From: Geosiphon pyriformis uo1
Taxonomy: Eukaryota; Fungi; Glomeromycota
DNA length: 64,000 nucleotides
Direction: 5' to 3'
NCBI GenBank assembly: GCA_016748015.1
Contig: JAAOMT010000607.1
Coordinates: forward strand, 1-64,000
Within the stretch, counting starts at the first letter, position 1. Every line of letters starts with the position of its first letter. The notes beneath the pieces were generated by a model. It worked only from the letters and a program-made list of their open reading frames with translations, was not told where the DNA came from and made no database searches. Positions 1 to 12,993 of the stretch are shown here, in pieces. Position numbers and translations under genes: made by a program.

Positions 1-523
1 TGATACACTCAGAGCAAATTTAATTGATTATTCTTAGAGAATTAAACCTAACCTACAACAATAAGATATTTCGATTAATAAAAGTTTTAAGGATAAGGCA
101 TGAAGTCTTTTTTTAAAACTTATTGTTTGCTTTGTAAGTTGATATTTAAAAATAATCTCAACAATGAATTGAAAAGTCAGCAGGTTTATAAAAATAAAAT
201 ATTTTTTGAAAAATTATTAGTGTTAGTGTTTGATGACAGAGTTACCCCATGAATCAGCACCGAAACATAGTATTTTTTGCTATACACATTTTTTGGTGGA
301 TAATTTTAAGAAAGGGTTACTTAATCCTAGAGAGTATATGAATATGCTTAATTTTAGAGCAAAAGGTAAAAAAAACTGATTTTGTTTTGGTTAGGTGTAA
401 GAGTGTTGTTATAAATAAATGTAGATAAAAAATAGAGCTGACATTCAATTTTGATATTTGATATTTTGATTGAAAGGTGATATTGGAAAGGGAGAAAAGA
501 TTTAATGCTGCTAAAATGAAGGT

Positions 524-1946
524 TCAAACAATATTACAAGATTTTTTTTGTTTACGATTCATTTTCATAAAGCCATTCAAAATATTCTGTGCAAATGAAT
601 CTCCTGGTTCTACTGCTTTTGAGTAGAGCTCAAATGCTTTTTCTGGGTTTTTCGTTGTTCCTAATTCCTTTTTATAAGACTGTTCAAGATTTTTCTGTAT
701 ATCTAAATTTCCAGCCTCACTAGATATACTAGATATGCCACTTAAGCTGATAGTGATGTAATTACTAAAACTATTATCTATTGTTTCTAGAACCGGACAA
801 CTGGATATCCATTCAATTTGGTTAAGACGATCAAGAACTTCAACTATCGATGGACGAACTTGGGGTGAATTATCCCAACATTCAGCGTAAAGTTTAACAT
901 ACTTTGCAGGAGTATTTTGAATTGGCGTTTCTCGACCTACATATACTATAGACCCTATATTAAAACATGGAGGGCGTCCACTTGATAACTCCCATAAAAG
1001 TACGCCAAGTGCATATATATCAGATTTTTCATTTCGAATATGTTTATCATTGAGTAGACACTGAGGCTCAATATAAAAAATTTGCCCTAAAACCTTCGAA
1101 GATTCTCCAGTTATATCTTTTAGATTTTTGGCAAGTCTATGATCCGAAATTTTTATCGAATTATTGTGAATCAAGATGCTTAAAGAATTCTTTTTTGTGA
1201 ATATAGTTTAAAAAAGATAAATGAATATTATGAATTTAGTATTGAATAAACAAATTGCCTCTATAAACTAAAGATTTTACTCACAAGATCTCTGTGAATA
1301 ATATTTTCTGCATGGAGACAGGCAATCCCACTGGCCATTTCATTTGCAAGTCGCAATTTCTCAGTACTATCCATGTTAGAAAAGTTTGATTGTAGATATT
1401 GACGTAGAGTTCCTCCATTTGCGTATTCCAAGACGAGCATATATTTATTCCGAGTAACTTAATATAGGTTTGAAAACCAGCCTTCAATTTTAAATGATAA
1501 TTCAAATTTCTATTCTTTAATAAATCTTAAAATTTTACCTTGGCTAAATTTCTTGTGACACCAAAGAACTGAATAATATTTGGAAAATAGCCGACTGTTC
1601 TGAAAAACTGCATCTATAAAGAATAAGTTAGTTTTATAATCTTTTTCATTAGGATTTTAAATTTTGAAAGCGTTAATATAGATGGAATAATTACTTCTTT
1701 AATAAATTCCTGTATTTCAAATATATCACTATTCGAGGACTGTTTTAAATATTTTAATGCGAATTGCATATCGTTGCTGCCTCTTTTCAACTTGGCACTG
1801 AAAATCTCTCCAAATCCATCCTGTCCAATTCTCTGAATGCTATGAAATTCGTCATACTTAAAAAGTTTAATATTTCCCTCTTGAATTGATTTTTCAAGCC
1901 AGTCGAAAGGTGAAATGGGATTTCCAATTAATGAAGTTGAAGACAT
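524..1946 (-). pseudogene. Tyrosine-kinase-like protein kinase with a short Sel1 tail, copy A (4 exons; probably frameshifted)
   Basis: ATG at 1946 (MSSTSLIGNPISPFDWLEKSI), then IGQDGFG loop, FALK, MLVLEYANGGTLRQYL, IIHRDL, SDIYALGVLLWELSSGRPP, CW..RP and about 1.5 Sel1 repeats ([11 protein letters not shown]). GT donors at 1694, 1538 and after HRDL. Exon 2 lacks one A relative to copy C (TTAGCC vs TTAAGCC), breaking phase. DFG is DHR. Confidence 0.8.
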
Positions 1947-4055
1947 ATTTTTCAAATGCTACAAAGAGGCTATCGTAATTTAAGTATTTTGTGTGAGAAA
2001 GAAGAATCTAGTGAGAGTTCTCCGACTTATGGGGGGTACAGCATATTTTATCGGAGCATTCTCTTTTGCCATCTGGTGATCACAACGAAATAGGATAAAG
2101 CCTTTTAAACAGAATCCCAATTGTATTTTTCATCTATATGGTTATAAATCACAAATATATATTTTAATTAAGACCATAAAATCTTTTTTGATATTTTCTA
2201 AATACAAAAATGGTGAAATCTTTTGATTTAGACAATATATTAAATAGGATTCATTTGAATCATTTTTAATTAACATATTAGGTTTTATTTAATTTTTCAA
2301 GTTTTAATTAATGTCAAGGTTAATTCAAAATAATTTTTAGAATTAGAATTTAATTAAATCATTATAAAAATAATAATTTAAAAATCAAATTATAAATTTT
2401 TGCTACAGATTATTTTGAAATTTTTTTTATTTAGTGTCTATATAATTAATCTATTACAAAAGTTTTTATTATTTTACATAAAAAATATACAATAAAAATT
2501 ACAGAATTAAAATATATTAAATATGTTATATAACATAATAAATTTTCAAGGTCAAATAATTTATTAGCTTTTTAATAAAGAATTTCTTCATAATTTTTAA
2601 CAATATATATTTAAAATATATTTAAAGCAACAAATAAAAAGATTTTAAACATCTAATTTTTCAACAAAACCTTTTTATATATATGTTATTCTTCAAATTT
2701 ATAAATAATATAACCCATTTTCAGTTTTATTATTTAATGCAAAAATCTAAACGCAGTTGATTCTTTTGTTAAATACTAAACTAAATTCGTATATTCGATT
2801 TGTGATTCTTTTGGTTGAAAATATAATGAAAAAATGGAATATGTTTTCTTAAACATCTTTCAACTTTATATTTGCAATTTGAGGATATGATTGCATATAA
2901 TATTAGCGTGTATAAATCAGTGGGTTAGGCCAGCATCAAAGATATTTCTGGGGATTTTCCATTGTGCCAGAAAGTTGTCATTCCTCTCTTTACGAACATC
3001 TCGATAAGCTGAAAGCTTTTGTCGAGCCCAATACGCATTATATGCAAAGATTGATTTTGGAGTTGAAATACAATTGTTAATTTAATTTGGTTGTTTTTAT
3101 TTATATTTAAGAAGTAATAATTGCTTTTTGGCTGTTTTTTCTTGGCCATTTGAAAAGTAGTGGTAGAAGTAATAATTAAAATGGATAGTTTAGCTACTGA
3201 TTTGTTGTTAAAACTCTGAAACTCTTTTTGATAGTAAGAACAACACTAAAACTAGTTTTGGTATGTTGTTTTGAAAAATTTTTAATGAAAAAGAAAATTT
3301 TAGCCAAAGAAAAGAAATACTTTTAAAACAAACAAAAATTGGCTTGCATTTAAAATATTTGAGAATAAAAATTTTATAATATTTAGTATATTTAATATTT
3401 TTTAATTACTATAAAAAAAAGTAGAGATTGTTTTTTTATTTTTTGCTTTGGTTTTAATTATGGAGATTAAAAAAATAAAGTTTTTTGAATTAAATATATT
3501 TTATTAAAAAGTTTTTAAACAAATTTTGAATGTTATAACTTGCAAAAAATTTAAAATAATTCTTTTAAGCTTTTTCAAAGTTATAAAAAACAGAATATAA
3601 TAATATAATAATATAATTAATAGTATTTTAAAAATAATTTGCACTTGTTACTTATTTAAAAAACAATGAGTAATTATATTTAGAATAATAACTTACAAAA
3701 AATATTTTGCCAATTATTCTTTGTCAAACCTATATTATCATTTTAGTAAACTCAATGTCGCGGTGTTGTGAGTTTAGTTATTGAGAATAAAGGCAAAAGA
3801 ATTAAATATTAATTTTAGATTAATAAAATCAGTTGTTTCTGGTCTTTTTAACAATATGATTTTCGTAACACTGTAAAATTATGAGTAACTGAGCGAAGTA
3901 ATCACAATCTTTGACTGGGTGAGGTGATCACAACCGGCATATATTGTATTATCATATTTCACATTTTTGACTTTTAAATTTTCAGTATATTTTCAAATAA
4001 GTAATCAAACAATAATGCCACACAAATATTGACAAATTTGTTTAATTTTGGACCG

Positions 4056-4253
4056 CTAACAATAAAAACATGGTAAACGAATGAAGTTATTAATAATTAG
4101 CAGAAACTTTAACATACTGGTAAGAGCAGCCACGTTATCCTTTTGATCTTCTAAGAGATTCCATGACTTTCTATACTGTTCTATGGCACCTGAAGGATTG
4201 GAAATGTCAACGCTTTTTAAAAATTGAGATATGTGGCAAGGTATCGTATTCAT
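4056..4253 (-). other. Possible small exon or gene fragment of unknown function
   Basis: 65-aa ORF with protein-like composition and an internal GTATGT donor-like site; no family recognised. Confidence 0.2.
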
Positions 4254-4442
4254 GCTTTGGTTTAAATTGTACTAATTTTTACCATTCTAAAATCAAAAGT
4301 TAAGTTTCGATGGAAACAACTTAATGGATTAATATTTTATGGCTATCGTAAGAAGCTTTTATATTTAATTCTTTTGATTGACTATGATATTCTCGAAAAT
4401 TTAAAATTTCTAGAATACAAAAATTGAAGAAATACAATCTCT

Positions 4443-5376
4443 CTAAGGATTGAGTATTTGATTAACATTAAATCCTGGATCATTAGACACTAACCACGAG
4501 TATGGAAATAGATCAAAAGCTTGAATTTTCTGTAAATCAGTTGCACTAATATTCTTTGAAGGAGGTTTAAATCCGTCTACGAGTCGCTCATAACGAAAAA
4601 AAGGTTCGGCGATTTTTAAATCTACTTCAAGGTGTGTATCCCAGCCAAAAACACTAAGAAAATTTGAAGATTCAACAAGTTTAGCTCTTTGGGTTTCAGG
4701 TCGACCGGCGGTACAGTTTGGATTGTATTTGAAGCATTTTAAAGTTCTGAGAGTTTCTGCTTGGGTAATCGATTTCGGCGTTATTTTACCAACGCTGAAT
4801 GAGAAGAAATCGTTGACAAGGGTTTGATTTACAGGTATAATGTTGCCATCATTTAGATCATTTCTTATTAAAGAAGCATCGTGTTCGATAAAATTATGTC
4901 TGAATAAATCATCAAGGTTTCTAGTAAAATAATCATAAGTAATAAATTAGGAATCTTAGACATTGGGAATTGAAAATTTAACTTAGGACAGGTGTTCAAT
5001 ACATACATCTTTCCATCAGTGCCAAGCACTGCGACGACACCATTACTTTGAGAAGTTGAAAGAGCATCATCAAAACGATAGATTTTCGTAACTGCAGTAG
5101 CAAGCGTGAGCGCACTTATATTTTTTCCATCACGGGGCCTTTTCACAGAATAAAAATTGAAATTTTCAAATTCAAATTCAAAATTATTATTAAATCCAGA
5201 AATTTACAAGGTGAAACTTACAAGAAACCATGATTAGCAAGGGAGTTAAGTCCTGGGCATGGTGATCTTTTATCATTAGGCCCTGCTGGCCTCCAATCAG
5301 GGTAGGCATTAATGATGTGAGCCAAGATTAAAAGATTGAAAATAATAAAAACCAAAAAGCGTTTCAGTGAGTCCAT
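4443..5376 (-). CDS. Secreted heme-thiolate peroxidase / unspecific peroxygenase (chloroperoxidase family), about 254 aa, exons 5376-5222, 5138-5007, 4920-4443
   Basis: Hydrophobic leader MDSLKRFLVFIIFNLLILAHIINA, then RSPCPGLNSLANHGFLPRDGKNI (proximal Cys in PCP), HNFIEHDASL (EHD motif) and FFRYERL. Canonical GT-AG introns keep the frame open to TAG at 4443-4445. Confidence 0.9.
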
Positions 5377-6913
5377 TTTGATAAATTGATTTCAACTGTA
5401 GTAATTATAACTATTGCAACTTAAAAATGTCAGGAACGACAAAGACTTAATCAACTCTTCTTTTTATACTCTATTGAACAGCTTCTCTGGTCGAAACAAA
5501 AATTTAATTCCATCTAAAAAATCTGAGCTCGGATAAAGCTCGTTTTGAAAATTTTTGTAATACAAACGCCCAGTTAATTGTGCAATGAAATTTCCTGCAG
5601 TTTTGTTTTAAAAATTGAAAAATCGGTTCAAATAGATTTCAATTGAAAGCACCCCAAAGATAAAGATTGATTTTTTTGATAAAATATTTGCTTATCCATT
5701 ATTCATATTACACTAATTAGATTACAAAGGAATTATTAAAGACAGATTACATTATGTTTTAAATATCCAAAAAGACAAATTTAAAAAAATTTCACCCTTG
5801 AACTTAATTATTTATTGTAATAAATCGCTGTTAGATGTCACCTCATGTCCATGATTTTTCAATAACCAAATATGGAAGAAAAATAAAATTCAATAAGTTT
5901 CCTAAAAAATTGATTTCTGTGCTAAGCCTTGTGTGACGATCTTAAAAAGAAACTAAATGTATGCACATGTTGAATATCATGTTAAATTTTGAAGAGCCAT
6001 TCAACTTTTAGTTTTGTCTTAATCTGGAAACAGTGAAGGACAAGGGGTTTCTAAGGATTGACCTTTAAAGTAGGATATTTGGTTTGTGCTTTAGGCGAAG
6101 GATATTTTACCTTTTCGAAAATTTATCACCAGGGAAAATACTCAAATCAGTAAAAATCGCGTGTTTTGCGAATACTGTGTAAAGCCTTCTTTATAAAGAT
6201 ATAATTGAAACTGAAGAAATCAACAAAAAGGCATTATAAATTGTTTAAATTTGTTTTCACTGCCCTATTAGGAAAGCTAATTCTTTTTTAATCAACGAAT
6301 CCAGCTCACATGGATGATTGATAGCCAATACTATTTTTGGTAATTTAGAAGTTTCCATTCAAAAACCAGCATTAAGCAATCATGTCCAAAACTGTTGTAC
6401 TCTATGCAAAACTTGCCGTCACAGTCCTTGCATTTTATGGCTAACACATTTTAGTGCCAAAATCTTAATTTTCAGTAAGATGATAAAAAACAAAGTTGGT
6501 TAATTTTCTATTGAGTAACAAAGGCTGATAATTTAAGTTTTATTCCTCAAAAAAAAATTTGAGCACAATTAAATTCTTAAAAAATTTTAATTAGTTTTGC
6601 AAACTTATTTTTAATAACAAGATATGGTTTTTATTTTTTTTTGAAAAGAACTAATTTTGATTATTATTTTTCTTATAAATTATTTTTATACTCAATTTTA
6701 TAATATTTAAGTAACGTTTATAAATAATATCATTTTTTATTTTCAATATGAAAAATAATTAAGTTGTAATTCTAATTAAAAATATATTAATTTATATTGT
6801 AAATTAATTGACATAATACATGTAACTAATTCTTCTTTATTTGAAAAAAACAGTCATTCCCCATTTTTTGTTTATTATTTTTTTCAAAGTTTAAACATAC
6901 GCTGAAAAAAATT

Positions 6914-7640
6914 TTGCTTGGCAAAAATATGACACATGCCTATATGCAGTTAACCAACATTGAAAAGGTCAAAATACTAGCTCTTAAAAAAATTATGAGT
7001 GCTAAGAAAATTGTGAAAGACATAATGCGTGACTTCACAACAATACGACGGTTCTTGACTAAATACAAAAGGACTAAGAATCAAAAAATTTATCACAGCT
7101 CAGAAGATTACGTGTTCTAAAAAAAACCAAAAAATCCATTTATACGAAAAGCTATAAGATAACAATGCAAGCCACTTTATGATATTTTTAATAATTTAGA
7201 GCTTAAATACGCTTTAGCAACAACTAGGCAGTTCATGATGCAGGAAATTGATCCATATAGCAACAAAAAAGTTATTTATTTCAAAAAATTAAGTAATTAA
7301 AAAAGTAACTTGTTACAAAGAAATATATATTATTAGTGGCGTGTTATTCTCTTAGATAGAATGAGCGTATAAATTGGAAAATAATTATGACAATTAAAGT
7401 TATGGTGTCATACAGGAGAAAGATATAATGTAGAATGTTTAACTCCAACTTTCAAAAGTAGTCGAAGCTCGGTAATGGTTTGGGATGTTTTGTAATGAAT
7501 TCAATAATCTGTTAGCTTTTTTTGATAGAAAAAAAGAAAAATCAATAAAAAATTTTATTTAAAGGTTTATGAAATTCTTGTATCATTTTACAAATTATAG
7601 TGCTCATAAGTAAGGGAAAATTTGGTGTTTCAACACCACA
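6914..7640 (+). mobile_element. Degenerate Tc1/mariner transposase relic
   Basis: N-terminal HTH-like segment (LTNIEKVKILAL...TTIRRFLTKYK) and, downstream, LTPTFKSSRSSVMVW matching the Tc1 SVMVWG motif; many stops and frameshifts. Confidence 0.65.
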
Positions 7641-8077
7641 AAAACTTCAATAATTTCTCAGAATACAAAAATTCGAAATTTATAAGAAAAATTGATAAAA
7701 CTATTTTACTTGTACAAACAATAGTATATGAAAAAAGAGTTAAATTTATCAGTTATTGAATTTATTTTTAATTATTGTTAATCTTATTTTTCTTTTATTT
7801 GTAAATAAATTAGATAATATAACAACAATAATAGTGACAATAACTTGCATTAATGTAATATACTTACACTCTCTCAAAAGTCGCTATTAATACAACTTAA
7901 AATTTAGAGTCTTTTGAAAATACAAATTTGTTATGAGCTTAACTTTGTAAAAAAATTTCAATTTTCATTTTAATGATATTTTTATTACCCCGCTCATGGT
8001 TAAATATGATTAATATATCTATAAATAAAATTTGAAAAGCTATTTTATCATTTTTGTGACACAAAATAACATAAAAG

Positions 8078-8111
8078 TAAAGTGTCCCATGACTTTTTTC
8101 CGGGTAGTGTA
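8078..8111 (-). repeat. Candidate Tc1-type terminal inverted repeat end
   Basis: Minus strand reads TACACTACCCGGAAAAAAAGTCATGGGACACTT, a Tc1-like terminus with TA, lying close to where kinase copy B is truncated. The matching opposite TIR was not found. Confidence 0.3.
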
Positions 8112-8149
8112 GCTCTGTGCTTCTGAATTCCCTGCTGCAATACATATTA

Positions 8150-9170
8150 CACCTTAAGCTGACAATGGTATAATTACTAAAACTATTATCTATTTTTCAG
8201 AATCGGACAACTGGATATCCATTCAATTTGGTTAAGACGATCAAGAACTTCAACTATCGATGGACGGACTTGGGGTGAATTATCCCAACATTCAGTTTGA
8301 AGTTTAACATACTTTGCAGGAGTATTTTGAATTAGCGTTTCTCGACTACCATTTACTATAGACCCTATATTAAAACATGGAGGGCGTCCACTTGATAACT
8401 CCCATAAAAGCATCCCGAGTGCATATATATCAGATTTTTCATTTCGAATATATTTATAATTTAGTAGGTACTGAGGTTCAACATAAAATATTTGCCCAAA
8501 AACCTTCGAAGATTTTCCAGATATATCTTTTAGATGTTTGGCAAGTCCAAGATCCGAAATTTTTATCGAATTATTGTGAATCAAGATGCTTAAAGAATTC
8601 TTTTTTGTGAATATAGGTTAATAAAGATGAATAAATATTGTGAATTTATCATTGAATAAACAAATGTCTCTTCGAACTAAAGACTTCATTCACAAGATCT
8701 ATAAGAATAATATTTCTGCATGGAAACAGGCAATCCCGCTAGTCAGCTCATTATTCCAAGACGAGTATATATTCATTTTGATTACCTATTATAGGTTGTG
8801 AAATCAGCCTTCAAGTTTAAATGATAAATTAAATTTCAATTCTATAATATCTTAAAATTTTTGCCTTGGATTAAAATTCTTGTGCCGACTGTTCTGAGAA
8901 ATTGCATCTATCAATAATAAGATAGCTCTATAAACTTTTTTATTAAGATATCAAGTTTTGAAAGCGCAATATAGATGAAAAACAAACTTCTTTAATAAAT
9001 TCTTTCATTTCGAATATATCACTATTTGAAGACTGTTTCAGAGAATCAAATGTGAATTGCATATCGTTGCCACCTCTTTTTAACTTGGCATAGAAAACCT
9101 CTCCAAATCCACCCTATCCAATGTTCTGAATGCTATGAAATTTATCATATTTAAAAGTTTAATATTTTTC
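8150..9170 (-). pseudogene. Kinase copy B, truncated at both ends, with internal deletions and no Sel1 repeats
   Basis: Homologous to copies A and C. Exons 2-3 carry deletions, donors are mutated, and homology ends near 8150. The C-lobe ORF 8186-8584 retains DLG and SDIYALGMLLWEL. Confidence 0.8.
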
Positions 9171-10962
9171 TTCATTTGCATTTATAGTGTTAATTTCAAT
9201 TATTTCAATTATGTATTAATCACTAATGTTTCATTCTATTTTTAAAATTAATTTTTGATCTATTAAATAGTTTTATTGTTTGTTTTTTTATTTTCAGACT
9301 GAAGTTAAATTTATATATATTTTTTTTAAGTTAAATTTTTGTCAAACTTAGCTTGAAAACTAAAAAATTGCTTTTGAAATTTATTGAATAAATACCTGTT
9401 GAAAATAATAAATATAATTTATTAAATTCTAAAGTGCCAATTATAACATAGAATTTTAGCAACTGAATTTTTTTATTGGCAATTACAAACTATTTTTCAA
9501 CCTCTAAATTTCTTATAAAAAGATTAATAGCTGTTATTTTAAAACTAATTAGATTAATTAAATTGCTTACACATTTAATTTGTTTTTTTGTTAAGCCTTT
9601 TTTAATCAGATTTATATTTTTTTATTTTAATTCTTTTCATTTATTAATATATTATTTTAATTAGTAACAATAGTTTTAACAATACACATAATTACTTCAG
9701 TTAATTTAAAACTGACGATATTTTAATTAAGTATATCTTTAATTTATAATATAAATAATCAACATAACAATTAAATTCGCTAATTTTGGACTAATAAAAA
9801 CCAAGTAAAAAATTTTATTAAGTTTTATTAACCAAAAATTATATATATAAAATAAACCAAATTATTGTTTTTAGTATTAAATGTTGTAAATAAGTAGTTT
9901 TATTAGAAAAAATAATAAAAATTAAAAAAAAATTTCTACATATAAGATACAATATCATTGAAACTTTCATTTGAATGTTCGGTTTTTTTAAGATTTGTTT
10001 GCATTTATGTTCTATTATTTGCATACTAATGTATAAATGAAGTATTCTATCAACTTTTGTCATATATTTTGAAAGTTTGTATTTGAATAAAAAATCTGTT
10101 TTTTGACTTTTTGTGCTAGTAATAAGATGATTTAAAAATTTTTTAAAAATTCTAACTTCTAATAAAAAGTAATTTATAATAATTAAAAATATTATTTTAA
10201 TTTATTTTATAAGAGTTCTTAAGGCTTTCAAAAAGTATAGTAAATTATTTAAAGATGTACTATTTGCTTTTCTACATTTCTGATATTATAGCACTTTTGA
10301 AACAAGTTATTTATTCTTGAGTTTTTTGAAATCATTAATTTTATCAGTTTAGCAAAATTGCTAGCTTTAGAAATAAGTTATCTCCAAAAATTGAAAGTTT
10401 GTATGGTTAAGTCATAATGTTAATGATCATTCTTTAAGAATGTGGGAGCTTAGATTTTTGCCAAGAAATTTATTTTTTCTTTTCAAATTATTACATACTG
10501 TAGAATCTCTAATGGCAAAATTAATTTATTAATATAATATTAGAAAATGTTGAATCAGCCTCTTTAACTTGATAAAATTTTATTTTTGAGAGAACTATAT
10601 TTTCTTTTGTGAGTTTGCGATGAATGTAAAATATGTATAACAGATGAAGTTTTTCTTTCAATATTAACTTGTTCTGTCATAATAATATAATTAATTTAAA
10701 AATACTAAATTAAATAAGTGGAAAGAATTTTTTTGGAATATTTAAAGTCAGCATTCAAAAATATCAATTATGATATTAGTGAAAAAATTTTAACCCGATC
10801 TTCGAATGATCGATAATTACCATGTCCTAATCTCACATAATTTTTACCAATCCTATTTAGTTGCGATCACACTGCCCGAATAAAATACGGTATGCCTGAT
10901 AAGTTAATAACTCTCTAGATTCTTCACCCAAAATACTTAAACTGCGATAGCATTCGAAACAT

Positions 10963-12993
10963 ATGTCTTCAAATTTATCAACTGAAAACCCCATTTCACC
11001 TCTCGACTGGCTTGAAAAATCAATTCAAGAGGAAAATAATAAACTTTTAAAATATGACGAATTTCATAGCATTCAGAGTATTGGACAGGGTGGATTTGAA
11101 GAGGTGGCAACGATGTGCAATTCGCGTTAAAATGTTTAAAATAGTCATCGAATAGCAATATATTTGAAATGAAGAAATTTATGAAGGAAGTATGTATTCC
11201 ATCTATATTAACGCTTTCAAAACTTTATAAATTAATGAAAAAGATTATGGAACTAACTTATTCTTTATAGATGCAATTTTTCAGAACAGTCGGCTATTTT
11301 CCAAATATTATTCAGTTCTTTGGTGTCACAAGAAATTTAAGCCAAAGTAAAATTTTAAGATTTATTAAAGAATAGAAATTTGAATTATCATTTAAAATTG
11401 AAGGCTGGTTTTCAAACCTATAATAGGTACTCTAAATAAATATATGCTCGTCTTGGAATACGCAATGGAGGAACTCTGCGTCAATATCTCCAATCAAACT
11501 TTTCTAACATGGATGGTACTGAGAAATTGCGACTTGCAAATGAGATGACTAGCGGGATTGCCTGTCTCCATGCAGAAAATATCATTCACAGAGATCTTGT
11601 GAGTAAAATCTTTAGTTCATAGAGGCAATTTGTTTATTCAATACTAAACTCACAATATTCATTTATCTTTTTTAAACTATATTCACAAAAAAGAATTCTT
11701 TAAGCATCTTGATTCACAATAATTCGATAAAAATTTCGGATCTTGGACTTGCCAAACATCTAAAAGATATATCTGGAAAATCTTCGAAGGTTTTTGGGCA
11801 AATATTTTATGTTGAACCTCAGTACCTACTAAATTATAAATATATTCGAAATGAAAAATCTGATATATATGCACTCGGGATGCTTTTATGGGAGTTATCA
11901 AGTGGACGCCCTCCATGTTTTAATATAGGGTCTATAGTAAATGGTAGTCGAGAAACGCTAATTCAAAATACTCCTGCAAAGTATGTTAAACTTTAAACTG
12001 AATGTTGGGATAATTCACCCCAAGTCCGTCCATCGATAGTTGAAGTTCTTGATCGTCTTAACCAAATTGAATGGATATCCAGTTGTTCGATTCTGAATAA
12101 TAGATAATAGTTTTAGTAATTATACCACTGTCAGCTTAAGTGGTATATCTAGTGAGAAAGGGGATTTAGATATACAGAAAAATCTTAAACAGTCTGATGA
12201 AAATGGATTGGGAACAGCAAAAAACTTTGGAAAAGCATTAAATTCTACTCAAAAGCAGCAGAGGCGAGTGACTTAATGCACAGACAAATCTTGGGTTTTG
12301 TTATTGCAATGGAATAGGAACAACGAAAAACTTCGAAAAAGCGTTTGAGCTCTACTCAAAAGCAGCAGAAGCAGGAAATTCATATGCATAGAACAATGTT
12401 GGACGATGTTATTACAATGGAATAGGAACAACGAAAAATTTTGAAAAATCGTTTGAGCTCTACTCAAAAGCAGCAGAAGCGAGTGACTTAAATTCACAGA
12501 CAAATCTTGGGTTTTGTTATTGCAATGGAATAGGAACAACGAAAAACTTCGAAAAAGCCTTTGAGCTCTACTCAAAAGGAGCAGAAGCAAGAAATTGAAA
12601 TGCACAGACCAATCTTGGGTGGTGTTATGAAAAAGGATTAGGAACCACAAAAAACATCGAAAAGGCCTTTGAGCTCTATTCCAAAGCAGCAGAGGCAGGA
12701 GATTTAAAAGCACAATACAATCTCGGATATTATTATTAAAGAGGATTAGGAACAACAAAAAATTTTAAAAAAGCATTTGAACTCTACTCAAAAGCAGCTG
12801 AGGCGGGAAATTCAGATGCACAATATAATCTTGGATTTTGTTATTACAATGGATATGGAACAACTAAAAACTTAGAAAAAGCGTTTGAACTCTGCTCAAA
12901 AGCAGCAAAGGGAGGAAGTTTAATTGCACAGAATAGTTTGAATGGCTTTATGAAATAAATCGGAAACAACAAAAATCTTGTAATATTGTTTGA
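10963..12993 (+). pseudogene. Kinase-Sel1 repeat gene copy C
   Basis: ATG 10963 (MSSNLSTENPISPLDWLEKSI). Frameshifting deletion after the Gly loop, 1-bp deletion near 11463, TAA at 11994-11996, then about 7 Sel1 repeats with indels. Confidence 0.85.
12150..12940 (+). repeat. About 7 tandem ~108-bp Sel1-coding repeats
   Basis: Recurrent AAAGC.TTTGAGCTCTACTCAAAAGCAGCAGA core near 12232, 12338, 12447, 12553, 12661, 12769 and 12877; 108 bp equals the 36-aa Sel1 unit ([26 protein letters not shown]). Confidence 0.9.

Noticed and set aside
8377-8610. Identical 77-aa ORFs at 8377-8610 and 11683-11916
   Set aside because: Antisense frames of the duplicated kinase exon; identity reflects the duplication.
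12273-12758. 161-aa minus-strand repetitive ORF, and a CRISPR-like look of the 108-bp repeats
   Set aside because: Antisense shadow of the Sel1 repeats; the units are homologous along their whole length, with no unique spacers.
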